NCBI GenBank assembly: GCA_965223795.1
Contig: CBDCXL010000002.1
Location: 2,976,001-3,040,000, forward strand
DNA from: Nitrospinales bacterium
GTDB lineage: Bacteria; Nitrospinota; Nitrospinia; Nitrospinales; VA-1
DNA: 64,000 bases
Reading direction: 5' to 3'
The notes under the pieces are model-generated. The model was not told the origin of the DNA, ran no database searches, and saw only the letters and a program-made list of their open reading frames with translations. Positions 51,293 through 61,982 of this stretch are shown here, piece by piece. Every line of letters begins with the position of its first letter. Positions within the stretch are counted from its first letter, which is position 1. A program made the translations under genes and the position numbers.

Positions 51293-52627
51293 TCAGTACT
51301 GCTGCTGGCTGTCGCGCTTGAACTGCCGTTCACGCAGGCTCTTGCGCTTCTGGTTCCAGCTCTTGCCGCCGCTCATGTCGTCCTCGTCGCGGCGCAGTTC
51401 CTCTTCCAGCCTCTGCGTTTTCGGCGAGAACAGGCCGAGCTCGCGGTTCTTCTTGATGTAATCGCCGCTTTGCTTCAGGACTTCCTTGGCTTCTTCGTCG
51501 CGTCCCGCATCGCGCAGCACGACCGCGTCCTTGCTCATCTCGTTCACCACCTGCTCGGCGGCGGAATCCATGACCGGCTTGTTGACGTTTTTCAGCACCT
51601 CTTCCTTAGCCTTGCTGAAATTGACCTGCACGGTGCCGCGCAGCGAATCCGCCTTGCGCGCCAGCAGGTCCTGGTAGGACACATCCACCGACGCCACGTC
51701 GCGCTGTTCGCCGGCGGTGCCGGGCGGGACCTCGATCTCCAGCATGACAAATTTTTCCTGGCTGCCGGAAAGCTGGTTGAGGTTCACGTGCACGTTCTGG
51801 CCGATGATCTCCGCGTTGCGGCCGAGCACCCGGATCGGGCGGATCGAGTCGGCGCAATGGATGATGATGCGAAGCTGCTTAGCCACCACCGTGAGCGCGG
51901 TCTTGAACTCGGCGGCGAAGATCCTCGCCAGGTCCGAGGAGTTCTCCACGAAAGCGTGGTGGCCGTCGCTCATGCCCGCCAGCCGGGTCATGAGGTCTTC
52001 ATTGTACCCCAGACCCAGGCCGATCGTCGTCACGCTGATGCCCTCCTTGCCGAGCGACGCGCCCAGTTGTCCCAGCTCGCTGGGCGTGCTGGGGCCGACG
52101 TTGGCGAGGCCGTCCGAAAGCAGGATCACCCGGTTGACGCGGTTGGCGTCGAGGAACTTGCGCACTTCGGCGGCGCCCTTGCTGACGCCCGCGAACAGGG
52201 CGGTGCGGCCGCCGTCGGTGATGGCGCGGATGGCGGCGTAGATCGATTCCTTGTCGTGAAGGCGGGTCGCCGGGACCGCGACGCGCACCACGTCGTCGTA
52301 GGTGACGACGGAAACGATGTCGTCTGCGCGCAAAAGATCGATGGCGAGGATCGCGGCCTCGCGGGCCTTTCTCAGCTTTTCGCCGCGCATCGAGCCGGAA
52401 CGGTCCAGGACGATGGCGAGGTTGACCGGCGCGCGGTCCGTTTCCCCGGGCAGGTCGAAGCCCTTGAGGCCGACCTTGAGAAAGGTCTTCTGGTTTTTCC
52501 CCGCTTCCAGGACGGGGGTGCCGAGGTTCACGTTGAGGTCGATCGTGCGCGCGCTGGCAAGGCCTGTGAACGCGAGTAGAAAAAGCAGCGTCCACAAAAA
52601 GAGGGTTGGTTTACGAAAGCGGGTCAT
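51293..52627 (-). CDS. Exported VWA domain protein (YfbK-like)
   Basis: Signal peptide; MIDAS motif IVLDRSGSM, GGRT, ILLSDGLANVG; AGGAG RBS before ATG 52627. Confidence 0.9.
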   Translation of the reverse strand: MTRFRKPTLFLWTLLFLLAFTGLASARTIDLNVNLGTPVLEAGKNQKTFLKVGLKGFDLPGETDRAPVNLAIVLDRSGSMRGEKLRKAREAAILAIDLLRADDIVSVVTYDDVVRVAVPATRLHDKESIYAAIRAITDGGRTALFAGVSKGAAEVRKFLDANRVNRVILLSDGLANVGPSTPSELGQLGASLGKEGISVTTIGLGLGYNEDLMTRLAGMSDGHHAFVENSSDLARIFAAEFKTALTVVAKQLRIIIHCADSIRPIRVLGRNAEIIGQNVHVNLNQLSGSQEKFVMLEIEVPPGTAGEQRDVASVDVSYQDLLARKADSLRGTVQVNFSKAKEEVLKNVNKPVMDSAAEQVVNEMSKDAVVLRDAGRDEEAKEVLKQSGDYIKKNRELGLFSPKTQRLEEELRRDEDDMSGGKSWNQKRKSLRERQFKRDSQQQY

Positions 52628-52733
52628 CGCCGGACTCCTGAAGGTTGTGGGTTCTGGTTTGCGGCGGGGCGGCTCTGCCCCTCCGCTGTCTTGAACCCAA
52701 TGTAGAGAACACGGCGTTTTCAAGGGTCAGACC

Positions 52734-52763
52734 GGTTTGAAAGTTTTGTAAAAAATTTGTGAA
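52734..52763. promoter_or_regulatory. Putative OmpR-family binding site (11-bp-spaced direct repeats)
   Basis: GGTTTGAA / TTTGTAAA / TTTGTGAA at 52734, 52745 and 52756, upstream of VWA-HK-RR. Confidence 0.4.
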
Positions 52764-52794
52764 TCCGGCCATCGTAGAAAAAATAATCCGTTTT

Positions 52795-54321
<1,527 letters not shown>

Positions 54322-54463
54322 GACGCTCCCCCTTCGGTGATCCGAATTTCCCGGAAACCTTAACCCACTCCAAAGGGGCGGTCAAGCCCGGAAGGCTGCC
54401 AAGCTCCCGATTTTTCATTGATTTTGTTAAAGCCGCGTTCCCGGCCGGTCGATAAGGAAACGA

Positions 54464-56755
54464 TTGGGTTTCCTGCAACCGTTTCTGATACGGAATCTGT
54501 CTTTGGATACAACGAAACGTCTTTGCGTCATCGGCGGCGGCCTGTTTCAGGTGCCGCTCATCAAGACCGCCAGGTCCCTGGGCCTGGAAGTCGCGGTGAC
54601 GGACTACAACCCCGAAGCGGAAGGGATGCGGCTCGCCGATCATCCGCTCGTGGTCAGCACCCGCAACATCGAACTCACCCTCAATGCCGTGCGCGAGCTG
54701 CACGCCACCTGCCCGCTGGACGGGGTCCTGACCGCGGGCACCGACGCCTCGAAAACCGTGGCCGCGGTGGCCGACGCCCTGCACCTGCCCGGCATTCCCT
54801 ATGAGGTGGCCGAGCGCGCCACCGACAAGATCAAGATGCGCGAGCGCCTGTTGCAAAAAGGCGTTCCGGTGCCGGGGTTCCGCCCGGTGTGGAACCTGGA
54901 CGACGCGCGCCGGGCGCTTGAAGAACTCAAGCCGCCCTGGGTGATCAAGCCTTCGGACAATATGGGTGCGCGCGGCGTGCGCCGGATCGAAGTGGCCCAA
55001 GACCTGGCTACGGCTTTCGAGGAAGCCAAGGCGGCTTCGGTGAGCGGGCGGCTCTTGGTCGAAGAATACATGGACGGGCCGGAACTCAGCCTCGATGCGC
55101 TGGTCTTCGACGGCCGCTTTCAGGTGACGGGGATCGCCGACCGGCACATCGAACGGGCGCCGTATTTCGTCGAGGTGGGGCACACGATGCCCTCCAGCCT
55201 GCCGCAGTCCGTGCAGGATGCGGTGGCAGAGGTGTTCGAGCGCGCCGTCCGTGCGTTGGGCATCGACCTCGGCGCGGCCAAGGGCGACATCAAGTGGACG
55301 CCGGAGGGGCCCAAAATCGTGGAGATCGCCGCGCGGCTGAGCGGCGGCTGGATGTCGGCGCATACCTATCCCTTGTCCTCGGGCGTCGATGTGATGAAAG
55401 CGGCGATCCAGATCGCGCTCGGCGAAACACCCACCCACCTGACGCCCAAATTCGAAAAGGTGGCGGCGGAACGGGCGCTCATCCCCGAACCGGGCAAGAT
55501 CCTGTCCATCCGGGGCGTGGAGCAGGCGCGCAGGATGAAAGGCGTGCGCGAGATCATTTTCCTCAAGGAAGCCGGTGACACGGCGGAGGCGGTGACAAGC
55601 AATATGGGCAAGACGGGTTACGTGATCACCGTCGGCAGGACGCGCGAGGAGGCCATCCGCATCAACGACGCCGCCCGCGCGGCGATCCGTATCGAGACCG
55701 GTTCGCCGCAGGCGCTGACCTGGGAGGTGATCCGCAACAACGCGCGCAAGAAATTCTACATCGCCTGCAAGGCCTGCACGGTGTGCGACGGGCATGAATG
55801 CGCCGGGCGGGTGCCGGGCATCGGCGGCATCGGCACCGGCGAATCCTTCACCGAAAACCTGCGCGCGCTGGCGCGCTATAAAGTGAACCTGCGCACCATC
55901 CACAACGTGAAAGACCCGGACCTTGCGGTGGAGCTGTTCGGGCGGAAACTCAAAATCCCCATTCTGGCCGCGCCGATCACCGGCATGGAGACCAACCTCG
56001 CGGGCGGCATGGACGAACGCGCCTATGCGGACGCGGTGCTCGACGGCTGCCTGGATGCGGGCGGGCTCGGCATGGTGGGCGACGGCGCCAGCCCGAAAAA
56101 ATACCAGATTGGCCTGCAAGCCATCGAAGACCGGGGCGGGCAGGGGATTCCGGTCTTCAAGCCGCGGGAAGACAATCAGGCGATCCTCACCCGGTTCGAA
56201 GCGGCGCAAAAAGCCGGCGCGGTGGCGGTGGGGATCGACATCGACGCGGCTTCGTTCAAGACCATGTCTTTAAAAGGGCAGGCGGTGGGCCCGAAAACCG
56301 TGGAGGAGCTGCGCCGTCTCAAATTCCACCTTTCGGTGCCCTTTATATTGAAGGGCATTATGAACGTGGAGTCGGCGCTGCTGGCGCTCGAAGCGGGCGC
56401 CGATGCGATCGTCGTTTCCAATCACGGCGGCCGGGTGCTGGACACCATGCCCGGCACGGCGGACGTGCTGCCGGAGATCGCAAGCTCGGTGGCGGGGCGC
56501 GCCAAAGTGCTGGTGGACGGCGGCATCCGCGAGGGGGTGGACGTGCTCAAGATGCTGGCTCTGGGCGCGGACGCGGTGATGATCGGGCGTCCCGTGTGCA
56601 TCGCCGCTTTCGGCGCGGGCCGGGAAGGCGTGCGGTTTTATCTTGAACAGAAACGCGACGAGCTGAAAAAAGCCATGATCCTCACCGGCTGCGCGGACAC
56701 CGCGCACATCGATCCTGCTGTCATATTCCGCGACGCCAAGGGAGAACGGCGATGA
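54464..56755 (+). CDS. Fusion of an ATP-grasp ligase and an FMN-dependent alpha-hydroxy acid oxidoreductase
   Basis: N-part: GGGLFQ, TDKIKMR, IKPSD..GARGV, VEEYMDGPELS, EIAARLSG. C-part: CKACTVCDGHEC, APITG, LKGI, SNHGGR.LD, DGGIR.G.DV.K, GRP. Confidence 0.88.
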   Translation: MGFLQPFLIRNLSLDTTKRLCVIGGGLFQVPLIKTARSLGLEVAVTDYNPEAEGMRLADHPLVVSTRNIELTLNAVRELHATCPLDGVLTAGTDASKTVAAVADALHLPGIPYEVAERATDKIKMRERLLQKGVPVPGFRPVWNLDDARRALEELKPPWVIKPSDNMGARGVRRIEVAQDLATAFEEAKAASVSGRLLVEEYMDGPELSLDALVFDGRFQVTGIADRHIERAPYFVEVGHTMPSSLPQSVQDAVAEVFERAVRALGIDLGAAKGDIKWTPEGPKIVEIAARLSGGWMSAHTYPLSSGVDVMKAAIQIALGETPTHLTPKFEKVAAERALIPEPGKILSIRGVEQARRMKGVREIIFLKEAGDTAEAVTSNMGKTGYVITVGRTREEAIRINDAARAAIRIETGSPQALTWEVIRNNARKKFYIACKACTVCDGHECAGRVPGIGGIGTGESFTENLRALARYKVNLRTIHNVKDPDLAVELFGRKLKIPILAAPITGMETNLAGGMDERAYADAVLDGCLDAGGLGMVGDGASPKKYQIGLQAIEDRGGQGIPVFKPREDNQAILTRFEAAQKAGAVAVGIDIDAASFKTMSLKGQAVGPKTVEELRRLKFHLSVPFILKGIMNVESALLALEAGADAIVVSNHGGRVLDTMPGTADVLPEIASSVAGRAKVLVDGGIREGVDVLKMLALGADAVMIGRPVCIAAFGAGREGVRFYLEQKRDELKKAMILTGCADTAHIDPAVIFRDAKGERR

Positions 56756-57564
56756 ACATCCGTCATAAAAACTTAAAGGTGCTGCGCGGCGGCGCCTCGG
56801 ACCTGGACCGGAATCTTCGGGAGGCGCTCAACCGTTTGAAAACCGAATTCGGCGCCTGCTGCGTCAAGCTGTCCACGGAAGACGCCGGCATGAGCCTGGA
56901 GCAGATCCGCTTATGGTCCGAACTGGCCGGCGGAATCCTGCCGGTGCTGGTGAAGATCGGCGGTCCCAACGCACGCAACGACGTGCGCCAGTTTCTGAAC
57001 GTACCCAATATCGACGGGTTGATCGCGCCGATGGTGGAATCGGTGTACGGGCTGGAAAACTTCATGGCCGCGGTGCGCGATTTCACCACGCCGATGCGCA
57101 TGCAGAGGCTGAAAAAGCACATCAACATCGAAACGGTCACCGCACTTTTGCAGCTCGACGCCATCCTCGAAGCTCCGGAAGCGGGACTCTTGGATGAAAT
57201 CACCATCGGCTGCAGCGATCTGTCCAAGTCCATGAAAAAAGACCGCATGGACCCCAAAGTCCAGGCGGAGGTCCGCAAAGCCGTGGCCGCCATCCGCGAA
57301 TGGGGCATCTCCGTCTCGATCGGCGGCGGCATCACGCCGGAAAACATCGACGCGCTCCTGGCCGACCTCAGGCCGCAGAAATTCAACACCCGCGTCATGA
57401 CTTTCGCCGTGAAGCCGGACACAGCCTACGGCCCGGCGGTGTTCGAGAGCCTGGAATTCGAGCTCATGATGCTGGAAAACGACTGCCGGCTGGGCTTCAT
57501 TTCCAAAGACGAGGAGAAATTCCGCGCCCGTGAACTGAGAAAACGCCTCGCCCGGCTCCCCTGA
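56752..57564 (+). CDS. HpcH/HpaI aldolase / citrate lyase beta family protein
   Basis: VKIGG..A.ND, LIAPMVES, INIET, IG.SDL; ATGA overlap with the fusion gene. Confidence 0.75.
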   Translation: MNIRHKNLKVLRGGASDLDRNLREALNRLKTEFGACCVKLSTEDAGMSLEQIRLWSELAGGILPVLVKIGGPNARNDVRQFLNVPNIDGLIAPMVESVYGLENFMAAVRDFTTPMRMQRLKKHINIETVTALLQLDAILEAPEAGLLDEITIGCSDLSKSMKKDRMDPKVQAEVRKAVAAIREWGISVSIGGGITPENIDALLADLRPQKFNTRVMTFAVKPDTAYGPAVFESLEFELMMLENDCRLGFISKDEEKFRARELRKRLARLP

Positions 57565-57612
57565 ATCCTTTCTTTATATACGCCTCTGAATTTTCGTGTG
57601 TTTTTTCGCGGA

Positions 57613-57657
57613 TTTTGTCAAGGATGTTGTTGACAAAAGCGATAATTCCCCTAAAAT
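57613..57657 (+). promoter_or_regulatory. aclBA promoter with overlapping palindromic operator
   Basis: TTTTGTCAA-N8-TTGACAAAA (57613-57638); the right arm is a -35 TTGACA followed by N16-TAAAAT. Confidence 0.65.
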
Positions 57658-57808
57658 ATTTTGCCGCATTCCATATAAATTCAGATTTCAAAGGTACATT
57701 CAGGCGGGGCGGCCCCGACCCGGACCAGTTAAAACTCATTGAGTCTGCGATCTCTCTCGCCTGTACCGCGCCCAATAATTACAATCGTATGCAATTCAGG
57801 AGTGGAAA

Positions 57809-59080
57809 ATGCAAATAACCGGCATGCTCTGGGGGAGAAAATTACTGGACCTTGTGGAATTCCCACATTCCGAAGTTCGGGGTCCGGAACTCAGTGTCGA
57901 TGACATCAAGGATATGATCAAAAGGCATGGAGAGGTCTTCATCAAGCCTGTCTTCAAAGGCGGTGTTGGCAAGAAAGGGAAATCCGGACTGATCGGACGC
58001 GCCAAGAACATCACCGAGGCCCTCAAGGAAAAAGAACGCCTTTATTTCGCCGAGCACAAGGATGGCCACAGCACGACCAAGGCGGACGGCGTCACGTTCG
58101 AAGGTGCGGTGCCGGCCGAGCACGAAGTGTATTTCTCCATTTCGGAAAGCACCGTGTTCCGCGCGCCCACGATGACGATCACCCATCACGGCGGCGTGGA
58201 CATCGAGGAACTGCCCAAGGACAAGATCGCCGAGGTGCCGTTCGATCCGCTGACCGGGCTCAAGGCGTTCCACGTTTCCAACGCCCTGTCCAGCCTCGGC
58301 TGTCCGGGGGCGCTCATCAGCCCGCTGGTGCAGAACCTGCCGCGGCTCTGGGACCTGTACAACAATTACGGCATGATCATGCTGGAACTCAACCCGATCC
58401 GCATGATGCCGGGCAAGGGCGGCCGCCTGACGCCGGTGGCCTGCGACTTCAAATGCATGTTCGACCAGGACGACCCGGCGTGGAAGCGGCTGGGGCTGCC
58501 GTCGCACGTGTTCGCTTCGGACTACTCGGAATTCGAGCAGGAGATCAACCAGCTTCGCACCTACCAGGGCCAGAGCGACGTCTACGTGATCAACGACAAG
58601 GGCACCATCACCTCGCCCACTTTCGGCGGCGGCGCCAACGCGATGGTGACCGAGCTGCTCGGCGAGGACGCGACGATTTCCTCCGACTTCGGCGGCAACC
58701 CGCCCTACGAAAAGATGAACGACATTTCCAAGATCACGTTCAAATACTGGCTGGGGCAGTCGAACGTGCTGTTCATCATCGGCGGCAAGGCGAACAACAC
58801 GGACATCTACGAGACGTTCCGCGCCATCGCCGACGGGCTGCGCGCCTTTTTCCAGACCAACGGGCCCATTCCGCTGTTCGTTGTTGTTGGCCGCGGCGGC
58901 CCGAACCTCATCCGCGGAATGGCGTACCTCAGGGACACGCTGGATTCGCTGGGCGTGCCCTACCGGTTCTTCGGTCACGACAGCGCCATGTCCGAGGTGA
59001 TCAACTACACGCTGAAAGTGAACCAGTGGATGAAAAACGGCGGCAAGGAAAAAGTCAAAGCCAGCATGGGAATCAAATGA
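57809..59080 (+). CDS. aclB: ATP-citrate lyase beta subunit
   Basis: ATP-grasp KP..GKKGKSGL, GGVDIE, LELNP, GGGA, DFGGNP, IIGGKANNTD, RGGPN. Confidence 0.9.
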   Translation: MQITGMLWGRKLLDLVEFPHSEVRGPELSVDDIKDMIKRHGEVFIKPVFKGGVGKKGKSGLIGRAKNITEALKEKERLYFAEHKDGHSTTKADGVTFEGAVPAEHEVYFSISESTVFRAPTMTITHHGGVDIEELPKDKIAEVPFDPLTGLKAFHVSNALSSLGCPGALISPLVQNLPRLWDLYNNYGMIMLELNPIRMMPGKGGRLTPVACDFKCMFDQDDPAWKRLGLPSHVFASDYSEFEQEINQLRTYQGQSDVYVINDKGTITSPTFGGGANAMVTELLGEDATISSDFGGNPPYEKMNDISKITFKYWLGQSNVLFIIGGKANNTDIYETFRAIADGLRAFFQTNGPIPLFVVVGRGGPNLIRGMAYLRDTLDSLGVPYRFFGHDSAMSEVINYTLKVNQWMKNGGKEKVKASMGIK

Positions 59081-59102
59081 CCATTGGATCCAACCGATCC
59101 AG

Positions 59103-59124
59103 GGAGCGGCGAAGCGGCCGCTCC
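59103..59124. other. Intercistronic GC hairpin between aclB and aclA
   Basis: GGAGCGGC-N6-GCCGCTCC with no U-tract. Confidence 0.5.
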
Positions 59125-59169
59125 GTAACACCAACTAAGGACACAACGGATCCGAACAGGAGGATTTGA

Positions 59170-61884
59170 ATGCATAAGAAAGGTATTGGAGATTTTCCCT
59201 ATTATGTTGGCGTCAATTCGCTCTCGGAATTGGCTACCAAGGACGACCGGGTCGTCGTTTTGAATATTCTCGGCAAGGAAAGTTCCGGCGTCACGCCCAT
59301 CAGCCATGAATATTCCGGCGGCAACGTGGTGTTCGGCACCGGGCCGGGCAAATCCGGCAAGTCCCTGCCGACCAAAATCGGCAAGATCCCGGTTTACAAT
59401 TCCATTAAAGAAGGCATGGAGGCGGGCCACAAGTTCAACACGGTGGTCGTGTACCTGCCGCCCGCGGGTGTGAAGGACGGCGTCGCGGAAGCGGTGCGCC
59501 AGAACCCGGATCTCAAAAAAGTCATCGTGCTCACGGAAAAGGTCTCGGTCAAGGACGCGCGCATCATGCGGGCGATCTGTCAGACCAACGGCGTGGACCT
59601 GTTCGGCGGCAACTGCCTGGGCGTCGCGGACGCGTGGAACCACGTGCGCCTCGGCGGGGCGCTGGGAGGCAGCCATCCGGAAGAGTCGCTCATCAAAGGA
59701 TCTGTGGCGATCTTTTCCAACTCCGGCAACTTCACCACCACTATCGCCGTCTACCTGGCGACGGCGGGCTGGGGCACCACGACTTCGGTGTCCAGCGGCA
59801 AGGACGTGTACATTCAGTACGGTCCGAAAGAGTTCCTGCACGCGTTCGAAAACGACGACCGCTCCAAGGTGGCGGTGATGTATTCGGAGCCGGGCGGTTA
59901 TTACGAGTACGGCCTTAAATCCTCCAAGCCGATCATCGCCTGCGTCGTCGGACGCTGGAAAGCGCGGCTGACCAAGGCCTGCGGCCATGCGGGCTCGCTT
60001 GCGGGTTCCGGAGACGACGCCATGGCCAAGGAAAAATGGTTCATGGATTATTTCGGGGTTGAGGGGATTTACACGCCGGAGAAGCCGATCTTCTCCAAAA
60101 AGGGCGCGCTGGTGACCAATATCGCGCACATTCCCGAAGCGCTTACGAAGGTCATGGACGCCAACGGCATCAAGACCGATTTCGAGCCGAAGGGCAGCCT
60201 TTCCCTCAAATGCTGGTTCGGCAACAACGGCGGTTTGAAGCTTCCCAAGGAGCTGGACGTGCCCGTGGTGGAGGCGATCAGCCCCTACAACGAGCAGATC
60301 CAGGCGCTGGAAAAGCATGTCGGGGCGCAGCTGCGCCGGGAGACGCTGAAGGATGCGAGCGGCGCTTCGATGATGGACCCGAAGACCCAGGTCTCGAAGA
60401 TCCACAACGTGTCCATTCTCGACGCGTCGAAAAAACCGTTCGAGTCCAATCTGGTGTTCGCGCTGACCAAGCAGTACCCGAGCGAATACGGCGAGAAGAT
60501 TGCCAACATCGCGCTCAACCTGTACGTCAACCAGCACGGACAGCCCACGATCGCCTCGGCGGAGGCCTCGCGCGAAGCGGGCAACTCGCCCAACACGGTG
60601 GTGGCGGCGGCGGTGAGCATCGTCGGCAAAAAGAAGGTCGAGGAGGCGATGAACGCGGCGCAGGTGCTGCTCGATCTGTTTCAGTACTCTAAAATGACGA
60701 ACCCGGAAGAGAATTTCGACTACGCCCAGCAGTTGAAAGACGCCGCGCCGCATGCGGACGCGCTGTTGACTTCCGACAAGGACAGCTGCGGCGGCAAGAT
60801 GGTCGAGGGCCTGAAACAGGCCGGCAATTCCGTGTTCGTGAATTTTCTGGCGGATTTCGCCAAGGCGCAGAACAAGACCCCGACGACAGACGCGCTGTTC
60901 GCGGCGGTGTGGTTGACGCTGGGCTGGAACTCGCTCAAGACCAAGAAGATCACCAAGAGCACGCTGGTGCGTCTGCCCTGGTACTCGCGCATCTTCAGCA
61001 CCATCGTCGGTGTGACGGCATCGCACGACAAGCATCAGAAAGACAGCTTCTGCGGCGTCAGCCTGGAAGAGCTGATCGGCAAGACTTCTTTCACCAAGAC
61101 GGCGTTTCTTGCGCTGCTCGGGCGGGAGCCGTCGGAAAGCGAGCTGTTCGAGTTCCAGGTGCTTTTGGGACTCATCATCACCAACGGTCCCGGCACCATT
61201 TCCGCGCAGGGAGCCAAAGGCGCGGTGAGCGCCGACGGCCCGGAGCAGCCCGACCGCGTGCAGGTGAACAAGAGCGTCATCGGTTTTCTCACCCACACCG
61301 GCTTCGCGCACGGCGGCAACGGTTACGAGGCGGCGGCGTTCCTGATCGAGAAGTTCAAGGACTCAGGTCTCAAGAGCCCGTCCGACAAGAACCACGGACT
61401 CGATCTGGATAAGATGGCGCTGGAGATCGCCACCGAGTACGGCAAGTACAAGGGGCAGCAGAAGGCCATCGGCAACCTCGATTACGCCAAGATCCCCTGC
61501 GTCAACCATCCTGTGTTCAAAGGCAAGGACGTGAACGTCGACCCGCGCGAGGAATTCGTGCGCAAGCTGTTCGAGGAAAAAGGGCTGAACAACGTGTTCC
61601 TCGATTTCTACCACAGCCTGGTCAACGGCCTGTTCAAGGCGAAGGTGAGCAAGAACGTCTACTGCGTGAACATCGACGCGGTGATCGCGGTCATCCTGCT
61701 CAAGATGGTGTGGCAGGACTTCAAGGACGGCAAGATGAAGGAAGAGGACATCGAGACGGCGAGCTTCGCCACCTTCCTGTTCGGCCGCATGATCGGCTGC
61801 GCCGCCGAGATCGACGACCACACCAGCCGCGGCAAGAACATGGACACCCGCACGCCGGCGAGCAAATGCGTCTACGTGGGATGA
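59170..61884 (+). CDS. aclA: ATP-citrate lyase alpha subunit, long form
   Basis: SucD-like CoA-binding part (GGNCLG, SNSGN, phospho-His motif GHAG) plus citrate-synthase-like C-terminus (NGPG.ISA, AHGG, NHPV, DPR, NIDAVIA). Confidence 0.9.
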   Translation: MHKKGIGDFPYYVGVNSLSELATKDDRVVVLNILGKESSGVTPISHEYSGGNVVFGTGPGKSGKSLPTKIGKIPVYNSIKEGMEAGHKFNTVVVYLPPAGVKDGVAEAVRQNPDLKKVIVLTEKVSVKDARIMRAICQTNGVDLFGGNCLGVADAWNHVRLGGALGGSHPEESLIKGSVAIFSNSGNFTTTIAVYLATAGWGTTTSVSSGKDVYIQYGPKEFLHAFENDDRSKVAVMYSEPGGYYEYGLKSSKPIIACVVGRWKARLTKACGHAGSLAGSGDDAMAKEKWFMDYFGVEGIYTPEKPIFSKKGALVTNIAHIPEALTKVMDANGIKTDFEPKGSLSLKCWFGNNGGLKLPKELDVPVVEAISPYNEQIQALEKHVGAQLRRETLKDASGASMMDPKTQVSKIHNVSILDASKKPFESNLVFALTKQYPSEYGEKIANIALNLYVNQHGQPTIASAEASREAGNSPNTVVAAAVSIVGKKKVEEAMNAAQVLLDLFQYSKMTNPEENFDYAQQLKDAAPHADALLTSDKDSCGGKMVEGLKQAGNSVFVNFLADFAKAQNKTPTTDALFAAVWLTLGWNSLKTKKITKSTLVRLPWYSRIFSTIVGVTASHDKHQKDSFCGVSLEELIGKTSFTKTAFLALLGREPSESELFEFQVLLGLIITNGPGTISAQGAKGAVSADGPEQPDRVQVNKSVIGFLTHTGFAHGGNGYEAAAFLIEKFKDSGLKSPSDKNHGLDLDKMALEIATEYGKYKGQQKAIGNLDYAKIPCVNHPVFKGKDVNVDPREEFVRKLFEEKGLNNVFLDFYHSLVNGLFKAKVSKNVYCVNIDAVIAVILLKMVWQDFKDGKMKEEDIETASFATFLFGRMIGCAAEIDDHTSRGKNMDTRTPASKCVYVG

Positions 61885-61922
61885 CGGTGCGGCGGCAATA
61901 GCTGGCTGCTTGCAGGTTTACG

Positions 61923-61948
61923 GGCGGCCCCGGATGGTTGGGGCCGCC
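61923..61948 (+). terminator. Hairpin after aclA
   Basis: GGCGGCCCC-N8-GGGGCCGCC; weak U-tract. Confidence 0.45.
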
Positions 61949-61982
61949 TGACTTAAGATGAGAGCATCAAGAAGGGTCGACG

